Positions 47,437 through 57,568 of a stretch of 64,000 nucleotides of DNA are shown piece by piece. How positions within the stretch are numbered: the stretch's first letter is position 1; each line of letters starts with the position of its first letter. This stretch comes from an uncultured Collinsella sp. (GTDB taxonomy: Bacteria; Actinomycetota; Coriobacteriia; Coriobacteriales; Coriobacteriaceae), in contig UQMU01000007.1 in the NCBI GenBank assembly GCA_900542305.1, positions 7,579 to 71,578 on the forward strand, in the 5' to 3' direction. The position numbers and the translations under genes were made by a program. The notes beneath the pieces are model-generated. The model was not told where the DNA came from, made no database searches, and worked only from the letters and a program-made list of their open reading frames with translations.

Positions 47437-48570
47437 ATGCAGCATTCGAATCATCGCACCGCAGCGCTCATTGCGTCGAAGCCGGCTCGTATCATCACGA
47501 GCGCCGCGCTCGCCGTTGCGCTGACGGCCACGCCGATGCTCTCCCCCGTTGCGGCGTATGCCGCCTCGCAGGCAACGCAGGACCAGCTTTCCGCAGCCCA
47601 GCAGAAGATCGAAGCCGCCACGAGCGCCTACAACGACGCCCGCACCAAACTCGATGACCTGCAAAAGCAGATTGACTCTAATGAGGCAAGCATCGAGGAA
47701 ATCGAGGCCAAGCTTCCCGAGCAGCAGGCCAAGGCAAGCTCCGCCATGCGCGATCTGTACAAGTATCAGAAGGGCACCAATCCCATCGTGAGCTTCCTGG
47801 TCAACGCACAGAGCCTGGGTGAGTTCATCACGACCTGCAAATACACCAACCAGATCACGAGCTCGAGCGTCGACGAGATCGAACAGCTCAATAACATGCA
47901 AACCGAACTCGAGCAGAACAAGGCTGAGCTCCAGCAGGCCAAGTCTCAGCTTGAGGCAGAGCAGAAAAACGCCGAGGATGCGCTGGCACAGGCCCAGCAG
48001 CTCCGCAGCGAGGCACAGGCAAAAGCCGAGCAGGAAAATGCCGCCGAGCTTGCCAAGCTTGAGGCCGATAAGGCCGCTGCCGCCGAGAAGCTCTCGGGCG
48101 AGGGCGTAAGCGGCAGCAATTCCAGCAGCCAGGCCACCAACACCAACACCACCATCGACACCACGGTGAACAGCTCCAATACTGGTAGCTCCGATTACGA
48201 TTCGTTCATTAATGAGTGGACAGGCCGCATCGACAATTATCTCGCCGGCTCTCCCATGGCAGGCCAGGGCTATAACTTTGCCGTCGCCGCTTGGAATACC
48301 GGTGTCGACCCCCGTTGGTCCCCCGCCATCGCCTGCATCGAGAGCACCAAGGGTGCTTATTGCGCCAATTCTTACAACGCCTGGGGCTGGAGTGCCCGCG
48401 GCGGCGGTTGGCGCAGCTTTGGCAGCTGGAGCGAGGGCATCTCCGCCCACGTTGCCTATCTGGGCGCCAACTACGGCTCCACCCTTACCCCGGCTGCGGC
48501 CAAAAAGTACTGCCCGCCCACGTGGCAGGACTGGTACAACAAAGTCGCCGCTCAAATGAACCGCATCTAA
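47437..48570 (+). CDS. Secreted coiled-coil protein with C-terminal lysozyme/glucosaminidase-like domain (putative cell-wall hydrolase)
   Basis: Signal peptide (AYA-A), PcsB-like coiled coil, S/T/N linker, AIACIEST...NAWGW. Confidence 0.65.
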   Translation: MQHSNHRTAALIASKPARIITSAALAVALTATPMLSPVAAYAASQATQDQLSAAQQKIEAATSAYNDARTKLDDLQKQIDSNEASIEEIEAKLPEQQAKASSAMRDLYKYQKGTNPIVSFLVNAQSLGEFITTCKYTNQITSSSVDEIEQLNNMQTELEQNKAELQQAKSQLEAEQKNAEDALAQAQQLRSEAQAKAEQENAAELAKLEADKAAAAEKLSGEGVSGSNSSSQATNTNTTIDTTVNSSNTGSSDYDSFINEWTGRIDNYLAGSPMAGQGYNFAVAAWNTGVDPRWSPAIACIESTKGAYCANSYNAWGWSARGGGWRSFGSWSEGISAHVAYLGANYGSTLTPAAAKKYCPPTWQDWYNKVAAQMNRI

Positions 48571-48580
48571 GTGCAACTGC

Positions 48581-48609
48581 AAGGGGCCCCAACGGGGCCC
48601 CTTTCTTTT
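48581..48609 (+). terminator. Intrinsic terminator
   Basis: AAGGGGCCCC-AAC-GGGGCCCCTT-TCTTTT. Confidence 0.75.
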
Positions 48610-49987
48610 AGGTAGCGGAGGTATCGACGACGCCGGTCGCATTGGCAACCGCGACTATGACGATCATGCATAGGAGCAGCACACCCAATGCCTTGAGCCA
48701 GAGTTTCGCGAGTTTCTTGCCGCGATAGCTGTCGAGCAGCGCGAATCGCCGACGAAGACGGCGCTTATCGAGCAGCGCAAAATGCATAAGCACCATAAGG
48801 CCATCGACAAAGAAAAAATACTCGATTATGAGAAGCCACGTCGGGTAGCTTTGGTTTGCTCCGGTGGGATGAAAGACGGCAAAGTGACTTCCGGCAAAGA
48901 ACACAAGCAGCGAGAAGCAGACGAGCGTATTCCAAATGCGCCCCAGAGACTCCGGAACGCGAGAGAGCAGACCGCATGCAGCGGAGGCGGCAGGGCCAGG
49001 AGGCCCTGCGGGGTTCTGGAGCCCTTGGGGCGTCAACACCGTCTCCGAGGCCGAAGTACGGACAGGCGCAGGCGCAGAAGGCCGCACGGGGCGACTCAGA
49101 TCGTATGCCGCGCGCGTCGCCCGTCCCAACGCTTCCGCGCTCGCAAAACGCTTGGCCGGGTCGAGCGCCATCGACATGCAGACGGCATCGGCAAGTGAAG
49201 TGGGAATGCCGCGCGCCTCGCATTGCTCGCGCATGTCGAGCCCTGGCTTAGGGTCGACTCCCGTCAAGCAGAAGAACAACAGGGCGCCAAGTGCGTAGAC
49301 GTCGCTTCGCACGCTCGTCTGCCCAAACCCATACTGCTCGGGCGGCGCATAGGGCCGTGTCCCAAACTTGACGGTGTCGGCATCGGCGCCATCGCGCCAT
49401 ACGCGCGCGATCCCCAAGTCGATAATCACCAGCGATGAAAATGTCAGGCCGTCATTAGGCGTATAGTTGGCACCTGTCACGATGATATTCGACGGCTTGA
49501 GGTCGCGATGGATCTCCGGCGCCGACGTCTCCCCCGCCATTGCAAAACCGGCATGGAGCTCACCCACGGCGTCGCAAAGGGCAGGATACAATTCACGCGC
49601 ATAATCGGGGGTGGCTCCCAGACGGTCCACCAGCGCCCCGAGTGTCTCCCCTTCGATGTATTCCATAACCACGTTGAGCTCGTCGCCCACACGACGACAA
49701 TCGACGATTCTGGGCAGGTGCTCAAAACGCCTGCCTGCCCGCTGAGCGGCAAACAGACGCTCGTATGCCCCGCCGATTTGAGCCGAAGCATCGATGCGTT
49801 TACGGACAAAGGGGCCGAGCGAACCACCGCCGGTTCCTTCAAAGTACACGAGCTCGGTTGCTTCAACGGACGAGCGCTTAAGTACACGCTCCACGCGATA
49901 GCTGTCGTCGCGATCGAGCGACGCCAGGTGCTCGGCAAGCGCTGCGGTCAGCTCGTCATCGGAATATGTTGGGCTCTGAGTATCCAT
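48608..49987 (-). CDS. Hanks-type Ser/Thr protein kinase with C-terminal TM helices
   Basis: VMEYIEG, HRDLKPSN, DLG, GTRPYAPPEQ, SDVYALG motifs. Confidence 0.92.
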   Translation of the reverse strand: MDTQSPTYSDDELTAALAEHLASLDRDDSYRVERVLKRSSVEATELVYFEGTGGGSLGPFVRKRIDASAQIGGAYERLFAAQRAGRRFEHLPRIVDCRRVGDELNVVMEYIEGETLGALVDRLGATPDYARELYPALCDAVGELHAGFAMAGETSAPEIHRDLKPSNIIVTGANYTPNDGLTFSSLVIIDLGIARVWRDGADADTVKFGTRPYAPPEQYGFGQTSVRSDVYALGALLFFCLTGVDPKPGLDMREQCEARGIPTSLADAVCMSMALDPAKRFASAEALGRATRAAYDLSRPVRPSAPAPVRTSASETVLTPQGLQNPAGPPGPAASAACGLLSRVPESLGRIWNTLVCFSLLVFFAGSHFAVFHPTGANQSYPTWLLIIEYFFFVDGLMVLMHFALLDKRRLRRRFALLDSYRGKKLAKLWLKALGVLLLCMIVIVAVANATGVVDTSAT

Positions 49988-50085
49988 AGCCTCCATCATA
50001 GCGCAGGGCGCAGACACCCCATGGCATCCGCGCCCCGTTCGTTTGCATCGTTGTTCGACAGCTCTACCGGCTCAGATATCAGCCG

Positions 50086-50508
50086 CTAACTCACCGTCTC
50101 CTCGCCAAAGCGATACAGTTCCTCGTTGACCTTTTGGAGACTGCACCCGCGATCGATGCAAAAGATGATAATCGCATCGCGGCGGTCCTTGCAGTTAAGG
50201 ACGCTTACCCCGGCAGCCGTCAGCGCACGGTTGGTCTCTTTGAGCGTCAGCGCCATCGCAAAGGCAATCTGCAGCACCTTATTGCGACTCGGATGACGCG
50301 CACCGGTAAAGATCTGATAGCCAAAGGTCTCATTGAGATCAGCCATACGGACCACGCGCGAGCGCTCCAAGCCCTTTTCCTGCAGTAGCTGCTTCAGGTA
50401 GTCCGAAAGCGACGGGGCGGCAAAGTCGTGCTCCCTGATATAGCCATCGATGTTCGGCGCATCGAGAAGCTCATTGAGCAACTCCTCGGTCAGCTTTTTA
50501 TCGGACAT
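50086..50508 (-). CDS. XRE-like HTH protein
   Basis: YQIFTGARHPSRNKVLQIAFAM...RRDAII pattern. Confidence 0.7.
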   Translation of the reverse strand: MSDKKLTEELLNELLDAPNIDGYIREHDFAAPSLSDYLKQLLQEKGLERSRVVRMADLNETFGYQIFTGARHPSRNKVLQIAFAMALTLKETNRALTAAGVSVLNCKDRRDAIIIFCIDRGCSLQKVNEELYRFGEETVS

Positions 50509-50540
50509 ACGACTTCACCTCCCCCAGTGCATGCAACATG

Positions 50541-50984
50541 CTAGAAACCGCTTACGTCCGAACGCTCCCAGCTAGCAACCTGGTCGGGAGACACCGTACC
50601 CAGCGCCTCGAACTTCCAGGAGCCGCCCGCCTTCAGATGATTGGTGTTTGCAAGAGCCGTTCCAACCTGGTTGCCATCGGCATCATACAGAACATATTCA
50701 ATCTGAATGTAGCTCTTTTCCTTGTCCGTGTTATTGGTCAGGGTGCCCGTGATCTTATAGGTAAACTGATTGGAAGTATCTTCAGCCTCGTCAGCAATGG
50801 TATACGGTTCTTGCGGTTCTTTTTGCTCCTCAGCCTGCCGTGTCGTCTCGGCAGGTTTTGCCGAATCGCTCGCAGACGAATCGGTTGAGTTGCCGCCCAT
50901 AGAGCCCACGGCACCGACAATAACCAGCACCACGATGATGCCTAGGACAATCTTACCGATTGGCTTCTTTCCCTCTTTTGCCAT
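50541..50984 (-). CDS. Membrane-anchored FxLYD-domain protein
   Basis: N-terminal TM, GTLTNN, YVLYDADG, WKFEA. Confidence 0.8.
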   Translation of the reverse strand: MAKEGKKPIGKIVLGIIVVLVIVGAVGSMGGNSTDSSASDSAKPAETTRQAEEQKEPQEPYTIADEAEDTSNQFTYKITGTLTNNTDKEKSYIQIEYVLYDADGNQVGTALANTNHLKAGGSWKFEALGTVSPDQVASWERSDVSGF

Positions 50985-51148
50985 TATTCATCCTTCCTAC
51001 GATCCGGCTACCGTGCCGGTACACAGCACATCGTAGGAAGGATTGAACTTGAATTCATTAGCTGAGAGCTAAGGCTGCGGTAAACGACCAATGCAGTTAT
51101 CCAAACGCCGAGCAAACGCACTGCGCGCGACCGTCTGCTGGCAGTGCA

Positions 51149-51472
51149 TCAACCCACCGTGACGGATTCCCCGGTAAAGACACTGATCATCAACAGGACA
51201 AAGAAAACAAGGTAGCTGGCACTCAGCAGATACGCAATGATCAGAAAGACGACCCAGCCGACATTGGTTTTACCGTCGGCACGGCGTTGCTCGCGATTAC
51301 GGCAAAGCCAAATCGTCACGCCAATGGCAGTGATAAACAGCACGAGCGCCGCCGCGGCAAGCCCGGCAAGCGCAAACATCACGCCAATGCTCACAGCAAT
51401 AACCGGAAGCAGCAGCAAACCGCACCCGCATCCACCCGGACTATATACGGCAGACTGTCGGCGTCGCCTCAT
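51149..51472 (-). CDS. Hypothetical membrane protein
   Basis: 2-3 hydrophobic segments; start uncertain. Confidence 0.5.
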   Translation of the reverse strand: MRRRRQSAVYSPGGCGCGLLLLPVIAVSIGVMFALAGLAAAALVLFITAIGVTIWLCRNREQRRADGKTNVGWVVFLIIAYLLSASYLVFFVLLMISVFTGESVTVG

Positions 51473-51501
51473 CGCCGCGCCACCCCCATCATCTTTGAGC
51501 A

Positions 51502-51843
51502 CTACAGTGCGATAGCCTGCTGAACAGGAACGATCTTGTCGAGTTCCGGTTCGATCCGCCTTTTCTCGGCCTCAAGGTCAAACGCCACCTGAGCGCGCAG
51601 CCAATAACCATCCGTCAGGCCAAAATAACGGCAAAGACGGAGGTCGGTGTCGGCCGTCACGCGACGTTTTCCCAAGACAATCTGCCCGATACGCTGAGCC
51701 GGAATCCCAGTGTCTTTCGCAAGGCGATATTGAGAAATGCCCATGGGAACAAGAAACTCCTCTTTGAGAAGCTCACCAGGAGTCACCGGCGACAGCAAAT
51801 CGGCCGAAGTCTCATCACTTGTGATAATCGACGATTTCGACAT
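51502..51843 (-). CDS. higA: HigA-family antitoxin
   Basis: PGELLKEEFL.PMGISQYRLAK...GKRRVTADTDLRL...WL. Confidence 0.92.
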   Translation of the reverse strand: MSKSSIITSDETSADLLSPVTPGELLKEEFLVPMGISQYRLAKDTGIPAQRIGQIVLGKRRVTADTDLRLCRYFGLTDGYWLRAQVAFDLEAEKRRIEPELDKIVPVQQAIAL

Positions 51844-52096
51844 TCCAAGCCATCTCCTGTCTCCACTCAAAACAGACCCGATAGCGCTCGTTAACACGGA
51901 TGCTATATTGACCGGCACGATCGCCCTTCAAAGCTTCCAGGCGGTTGCCCGGTGGAACGCGAAGATCATCAAGCGAAGCACAAACCTGCAGTTGGCGAAT
52001 CTTCCTCAACGCAACACGCTCAAAGGGCACGAACCTCCTGACCCGCACACCCATGGCAAAGCGTTCGGTATCCTCATCTTTATACGATGCAATCAT
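51815..52096 (-). CDS. higB: HigB-family toxin
   Basis: DLRVPPGNRLEALKGDRAGQYSIRVN...EIVDYH. Confidence 0.93.
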   Translation of the reverse strand: MIASYKDEDTERFAMGVRVRRFVPFERVALRKIRQLQVCASLDDLRVPPGNRLEALKGDRAGQYSIRVNERYRVCFEWRQEMAWNVEIVDYHK

Positions 52097-52107
52097 AGTA
52101 TCGCCTT

Positions 52108-52120
52108 ACGTTAGTAACGT
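52108..52120. promoter_or_regulatory. Palindrome ACGTTA-G-TAACGT, probable HigA operator
   Basis: Perfect dyad just upstream of higB. Confidence 0.45.
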
Positions 52121-52198
52121 CAAACGTTTCTATAGACTTACATCTCTATTATATCGTACGTTTGTTCGTGTTTTCTAGAACAAATAGTCCTTTGCGCC

Positions 52199-53386
52199 TT
52201 AGTCAAGCAAAAGCAATCGTTTGTAGACATCGAGGCCTTTGAGAAGAATCTCCTCGTCAAAGAGCATGGTATCGGTATGCAGAGCGCTCATCGCATAGGC
52301 TGGGCAGTCATCAGCGTCGATCGGGTTTTCTTGTCCTTCTGGCACGCCCGTGCCCAGCAAGAAGAACACGCCCGGCAGATGGCGCTGATAGAAAGCAAAG
52401 TCCTCGGCAATTAACAGCGGCTCGTCCACAAGTTGCAGCTCGGGCAAGGCAGGCGCAATGTGGGCAAACAACTCGGGGTCGTTATCGACTGGCGGATAGC
52501 CCTCGGCAAAGTCGAGATCGTACGTACAGCCCGTTGCGGTGCACGCCTCGTCGAGCGCACGGCGTACGCCCTCGCGCGCACGGTCGAACATGGCGTCCGT
52601 AAACACACGCAAGCTACCGGCAACATGGGCCTCCCCCGCCACCGCATTGCAGACGGTGCCGGCCTGCAGCAGGCCAAACTTACCGATGCAGGGCTCATCG
52701 GCACCCAGCTCGTCCATCAGCTCGCGCTCGGCAACCAGGAACTTTGCCGCCGCCAGCGCTGCGTCATGTGATTCCTCGACTGGAACGCCGTAGGTCTTGG
52801 CGATATGGATGCTCGTGCCATGGATATGAATGTGCGTCTCGCTCGAGCGCGCCAGCAGCGGACCGGGACAGCTCGCCAGCGTACCGGCAGGAAGATCGGG
52901 CCACACGTGAAAGCCAAAGATGCGGTCGACCCCGTAGCGCTCGAACACGCCGCTCTCGCATACCGTCTTAGCGCCACCGGTTGTTTCCTCGGCCGGCTGG
53001 AACACAAAAAGCACGTTGCGCTTAATAACGCCCGGCTGCTCACGAATCGTACGGTCGACAAAAGTTGCCGCCGCGAGGGCCATAGCCATGTGCCCGTCGT
53101 GGCCGCACGCGTGCATCTTGCCGGGATGCGTCGAGGCAAAAGCGGCGCCCGTCGTCTCCGCAATAGGTAACGCATCCATATCGGCACGAATCGCCGTGGC
53201 ATGCGAGGCACCCGTGCCAGCGTCGAAGAAAGCGCACACGCAACTAGGGCACGGATGGATCACCTCGCAGGCAAGCGGAGCGAGCACGCCCTCGATATAG
53301 GCGATAGTTTGCGGAAGATCGAAGTCGAGCTCCGGAATGCGATGCAGGTCGCGACGATAGCGACGGAGTTCTTGGAGCTCGGTCAT
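52199..53386 (-). CDS. M20 amidohydrolase, likely N-acetyl-diaminopimelate deacetylase
   Basis: RRDLHRIPE, RADMDALP, MHACGHDGH, FQPAEE, AEDF motifs; divergent from the dap operon. Confidence 0.75.
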   Translation of the reverse strand: MTELQELRRYRRDLHRIPELDFDLPQTIAYIEGVLAPLACEVIHPCPSCVCAFFDAGTGASHATAIRADMDALPIAETTGAAFASTHPGKMHACGHDGHMAMALAAATFVDRTIREQPGVIKRNVLFVFQPAEETTGGAKTVCESGVFERYGVDRIFGFHVWPDLPAGTLASCPGPLLARSSETHIHIHGTSIHIAKTYGVPVEESHDAALAAAKFLVAERELMDELGADEPCIGKFGLLQAGTVCNAVAGEAHVAGSLRVFTDAMFDRAREGVRRALDEACTATGCTYDLDFAEGYPPVDNDPELFAHIAPALPELQLVDEPLLIAEDFAFYQRHLPGVFFLLGTGVPEGQENPIDADDCPAYAMSALHTDTMLFDEEILLKGLDVYKRLLLLD

Positions 53387-53536
53387 GGGGATTCCTTTCA
53401 TGGGGCAACTCAGTTGTCACCTATTGTGACGCAGGATTGTGGCGCCCTCGTTTCTAGCATGATGCTGCATTTTTTAAACGTTATATACGAATACTCTTGT
53501 TTGGTAAAGTGCAACGTGGTAGGGTCTTTACCACTT

Positions 53537-53693
53537 GATAGAGGCGCGGGCACGAAGAGCCGCGGGCGAGTCGGCAGACTTTGACCCCGCGGGGAGGCGA
53601 AACCCGCCGAACTGGGTTTTTCGGGCACGAACAGCCTGGTGGGCCTGCGGGAAACACTCGCAGGACTGTCTGCAGCAATGCGGGAGCGCTATC
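53537..53693 (+). ncRNA. Lysine riboswitch
   Basis: GATAG-AGGCGC...GCCGAA...CTGTC...GGAGCG-CTATC with P1 closure GATAG/CTATC, upstream of lysA. Confidence 0.85.
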
Positions 53694-53764
53694 CGGACAT
53701 TGGGTCCACGCTATGCGGATTCGATGCGCAGATGGCGCCGTCTGGATAGCGAGGTTTACGGGAC

Positions 53765-56074
53765 ATGGCATTGACCCCCAACGAGGCATATGCGGCCAAG
53801 CAGCCGTTTGTGGACAAGGAGACACTCGAGCATATCGTCGAGCAGTTCCCCACGCCGTTTCATCTATACGACGAGGCGGGTATCCGCCGCAACATGCAAG
53901 AAGTGCGCGACGCCTTTGCGTGGAACCCGGGGTTTAAGGAGTACTTTGCCGTCAAGGCCAACCCCAACCCGGCCCTTATCTCAATTCTCAACGAATACGG
54001 CTGCGGCTGCGATTGCTCGAGCTATACCGAGCTCATGATCGCCCGCTCGCTGGGCATCACCGGCCATGACATCATGTTCTCGTCCAACGACACGCCGGCG
54101 GCAGACTTTGAGCTTGCCGACAAGCTGGGCGCCATCGTCAACTTCGACGATATCAGCCACATTGAGTTTTACGAGCGCGTCGCGGGACCCATCCCCAAGA
54201 CGGTGAGCTGCCGTTTTAACCCGGGCGGCCTGTTCCAGCTTTCCAACGGCATTATGGACAACCCGGGCGATTCCAAGTACGGCATGACCACCGAGCAGCT
54301 CTTTGATGCCTTCCGCATGCTCAAGGCCAAGGGCGCCGAGGACTTTGGCATCCATGCCTTCCTTGCCAGCAACACCGTCACCAACGATTACTACCCCAAG
54401 CTCGCGCGAATCCTCTTTGAACTTGCCGTGCGCCTGGAGCGCGAGACCGGTGCACATGTCGCCTTTATCAATCTGTCCGGCGGTGTGGGTATCCCCTACC
54501 TGCCCGAGCAGCAGGCCAATGACATCCACGCCATCGGCGAGGGTGTACACGCGGCCTACGACGAGATCCTGGTTCCCGCCGGCATGGGCGATGTGGCGAT
54601 CTGCACCGAGATGGGCCGCTTTATGATGGGCCCCTACGGGTGCCTGGTCACCAAGGCCATTCACGAAAAGCGGATCTACAAAGACTATATCGGCGTGGAC
54701 GCAAGTGCCGTCGACCTCATTCGTCCTGCCATGTATGGCGCTTACCACCACGTTACAGTGATGGGCCAGCCGGGTGGCCCCGACAAGTCCGCAGCTCCCG
54801 TCACGAACACGTACGATATCACGGGCAACCTGTGCGAAAACAACGACAAGTTCGCCATCGACCGCGAGCTGCCGCATATCGACATGGGTGACCTGCTTGT
54901 AATCCACGATACCGGTGCGCATGGCTACTCCATGGGCTACAACTACAACGGACGTCTGCGCTCCGCCGAGGTCCTGCTGCGCCCCGATGGCGCGGCCGAC
55001 CTCATCCGCCGCGCCGAGCGCCCGGGCGATTACTTTTCCACGCTCGACGTGCTGCCGTGCGGCCGAGAGCTGCTGGCCAAGTCGCGCGCCGAAAGCGCCC
55101 GCCGTCGCGCCCAAGACGAGCGCCTGGCAGTCGCAGCTCAATGGAACAAACGCATCCAGATCGCGGAGGCGAAGGAGAAGAACATGGACATCCGCAATCT
55201 CGAGGGCTCAATCGTCGCCCTGGTTACGCCGTTTAAAAAGGACGGCAGTGTCGACTTTGACGCGCTCGAGCGCCTTATCGATTTCCACTTGCAAAATGGC
55301 ACCGACGCCATTCTCACCCTGGGCACCACCGGCGAGAGCGCCACGATGACCGATGACGAGGACAACTCCGTCGTCGCCGCCGTGGTCAAGCATGTTGCAG
55401 GACGCGTCCCCGTCATCGCCGGCTCAGGCTCCAACTCCACGCAGACCATGCTCACCAAGTCGCTTACTTACCAGGGCTTGGGAGCCGACGGCCTGCTGCT
55501 CATTACCCCCTACTACAACAAGTCCAACGAAGAGGGTATCTATCAGCACTTTAAGACCGTCGCCGATGCCGTTGACATCCCCTGCATCCTGTACAACATC
55601 CCCGGCCGCTGCGGCTGCGGTATCAGCGAGCGCAACGTAGAACGCCTAGCCGCGCACCCCAACATCATGGGCATCAAGGAGGCCTCGGGCAACGTCGCCT
55701 ACGCGGCCAAGATCGCCCACCTGCTGTCCGACGATTTCCGCATGTACTCGGGCGAGGATGCACTCACAGTGCCGCTCATGAGCCTGGGCGCTTCGGGCAC
55801 CATCAGCGTGTGGGCCGACGTGCAGCCGCAGCTTGTACACGACATGTGCCGCGCTTATCTGGACGGCGACGTAGCGCGCGCCCGCGATATCCAGGTTGCC
55901 GGCCAGCCGCTCATCAACGCCCTCTTTAGCGAGGTCAACCCCATCCCCGTCAAGGAAGCGCTCGCCCAGATGGGCATGATCGAGGCAAACTACCGTATGC
56001 CGCTGTGCCCCATGGCAGACGACACGCGAGCCGCACTTACCGATGCTCTGAAGGGAGCTGGTCTACTTGATTAA
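53765..56074 (+). CDS. Fusion of diaminopimelate decarboxylase (LysA) and dihydrodipicolinate synthase (DapA)
   Basis: N-part: YFAVKAN, SKYG, NLCENND, HDTGAHG. C-part: ALVTPF, GTTGES, TPYYNK, LYNIPGR, IKEAS, NPIPVK. Confidence 0.92.
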   Translation: MALTPNEAYAAKQPFVDKETLEHIVEQFPTPFHLYDEAGIRRNMQEVRDAFAWNPGFKEYFAVKANPNPALISILNEYGCGCDCSSYTELMIARSLGITGHDIMFSSNDTPAADFELADKLGAIVNFDDISHIEFYERVAGPIPKTVSCRFNPGGLFQLSNGIMDNPGDSKYGMTTEQLFDAFRMLKAKGAEDFGIHAFLASNTVTNDYYPKLARILFELAVRLERETGAHVAFINLSGGVGIPYLPEQQANDIHAIGEGVHAAYDEILVPAGMGDVAICTEMGRFMMGPYGCLVTKAIHEKRIYKDYIGVDASAVDLIRPAMYGAYHHVTVMGQPGGPDKSAAPVTNTYDITGNLCENNDKFAIDRELPHIDMGDLLVIHDTGAHGYSMGYNYNGRLRSAEVLLRPDGAADLIRRAERPGDYFSTLDVLPCGRELLAKSRAESARRRAQDERLAVAAQWNKRIQIAEAKEKNMDIRNLEGSIVALVTPFKKDGSVDFDALERLIDFHLQNGTDAILTLGTTGESATMTDDEDNSVVAAVVKHVAGRVPVIAGSGSNSTQTMLTKSLTYQGLGADGLLLITPYYNKSNEEGIYQHFKTVADAVDIPCILYNIPGRCGCGISERNVERLAAHPNIMGIKEASGNVAYAAKIAHLLSDDFRMYSGEDALTVPLMSLGASGTISVWADVQPQLVHDMCRAYLDGDVARARDIQVAGQPLINALFSEVNPIPVKEALAQMGMIEANYRMPLCPMADDTRAALTDALKGAGLLD

Positions 56075-56807
56075 GACCGTCATTATGGGAACGGGCCGCA
56101 TGGGCTCGCTCATCCGCACTACCGCCGAAGGCATTGTCGACGCCGCCGGGCAGCCCGTTTTTGATATCGTGGCCCAGATTGGCTTCGATTTGAGCGAGCT
56201 CGAGAACGCACCGGCTGCCGACGTCATCATCGACTTCTCGAACGTCGCGACCTTCGACGCCGTCGTCGCCTATGTCGAGCGCACGGGCGCGGCGTTGGTC
56301 TCAGGCACCACAGGCTACACCCCCGAGCAGATGGACCGCCTGCGTGAGCTGGGCCAGAACACCCGCGTTATGCACTCGGGCAATTACTCCATCGGTATCG
56401 CAGCCCTGCGCCATCTGGTGGCGCAGGCTACACGCGAGCTGCCCGGCTTTGACTGCGAAATCGTCGAGACGCACCACAACCAAAAGGTCGACGCCCCCAG
56501 CGGCACTGCCAAGCTGCTGCTCGACGCCGTCGTCGAAGCTGAACCCGAGGCAGGCTACCACCCCGTCTATGGCCGCGAGGGCATGTGCGGAGCACGCGAT
56601 CCCAAGGAAATCGGTATGCACTCGCTGCGCGGCGGCACCGTCGCCGGCGTGCACGAGGTGAGCTTCTTTGGCCAGGACGAGGAGGTCACGCTCACCCACC
56701 GCGCCACGAGCCGTCAGATCTTTGTCAACGGCGCCTTGGCAGCCGCGCAGAAGCTCGTCACCCGCGAACCCGGCTTCTATACGTTCGACAAGGTCATGTT
56801 TGCCTAA
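56067..56807 (+). CDS. dapB: 4-hydroxy-tetrahydrodipicolinate reductase
   Basis: GTGRMG, IDFS, GTTG, ETHHNQKVDAPSGTA motifs. Confidence 0.95.
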   Translation: MIKTVIMGTGRMGSLIRTTAEGIVDAAGQPVFDIVAQIGFDLSELENAPAADVIIDFSNVATFDAVVAYVERTGAALVSGTTGYTPEQMDRLRELGQNTRVMHSGNYSIGIAALRHLVAQATRELPGFDCEIVETHHNQKVDAPSGTAKLLLDAVVEAEPEAGYHPVYGREGMCGARDPKEIGMHSLRGGTVAGVHEVSFFGQDEEVTLTHRATSRQIFVNGALAAAQKLVTREPGFYTFDKVMFA

Positions 56808-56846
56808 CCAGGTATCAACCGAATCCACCCAAAGGAGAGATAGCAA

Positions 56847-57566
56847 ATGAGCAACGCAGCCGAGATGGATGCACAGGAGATTATCAACTACATCGCCACC
56901 GCGCCCAAAAAGACGCCCGTCAAGCTGTACGTGCGCGAGAAGCCGGGCATGAAGGTTGCCTGGGGCGACGCACATGTCTACGGCGGCCGTCGCGGCAAGA
57001 CCGTCTTTGGCGACTGGGACGAGCTCAAGACCATCCTGGACGCCAATGCCGATTCCATCGATTACTACGACGTTGAAAACGATTGCCGCAACTCCGCCGT
57101 GCCCATGCTCGACCTTAAGGGCATCAACGCCCGCATCGAGCCGGGCGCGATCATCCGCGACCGCGTCGAGATTGGCGACCGTGCCGTCATCATGATGGGC
57201 GCCATCATCAACATCGGCTCCGTTATCGGCGAGGGTTCCATGATCGATATGGGCGCCGTGCTGGGCGGTCGCGCCACCGTGGGCAAGAACTGCCACATCG
57301 GCGCCGGCACCGTGCTGGCAGGCGTTGTGGAGCCCGCCAGCGCCACGCCCGTCATCGTCGAGGACGATGTCATGATCGGCGCCAACGCCGTGGTCTTGGA
57401 GGGCGTGCGCGTGGGCAAGGGCGCTGTCGTGGCTGCCGGTGCCGTGTGCGTCGAGGACGTCCCCGCCGGCGCCGTCGTGGCCGGCATTCCCGCCCGCGTC
57501 ATCAAGATGCGCGACGAGAAGACCGACAGCAAGACCGGCCTGGAAGAGGGCCTGCGCCAGCTGTAG
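56847..57566 (+). CDS. dapH: Tetrahydrodipicolinate N-acetyltransferase
   Basis: MDAQEII...[22 protein letters not shown], hexapeptide repeats, GVVEPASA. Confidence 0.9.
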   Translation: MSNAAEMDAQEIINYIATAPKKTPVKLYVREKPGMKVAWGDAHVYGGRRGKTVFGDWDELKTILDANADSIDYYDVENDCRNSAVPMLDLKGINARIEPGAIIRDRVEIGDRAVIMMGAIINIGSVIGEGSMIDMGAVLGGRATVGKNCHIGAGTVLAGVVEPASATPVIVEDDVMIGANAVVLEGVRVGKGAVVAAGAVCVEDVPAGAVVAGIPARVIKMRDEKTDSKTGLEEGLRQL

Positions 57567-57568
57567 AA

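Noticed and set aside
47365..48648. 427-aa minus-strand ORF
   Set aside because: Antisense shadow of the coiled-coil secreted protein
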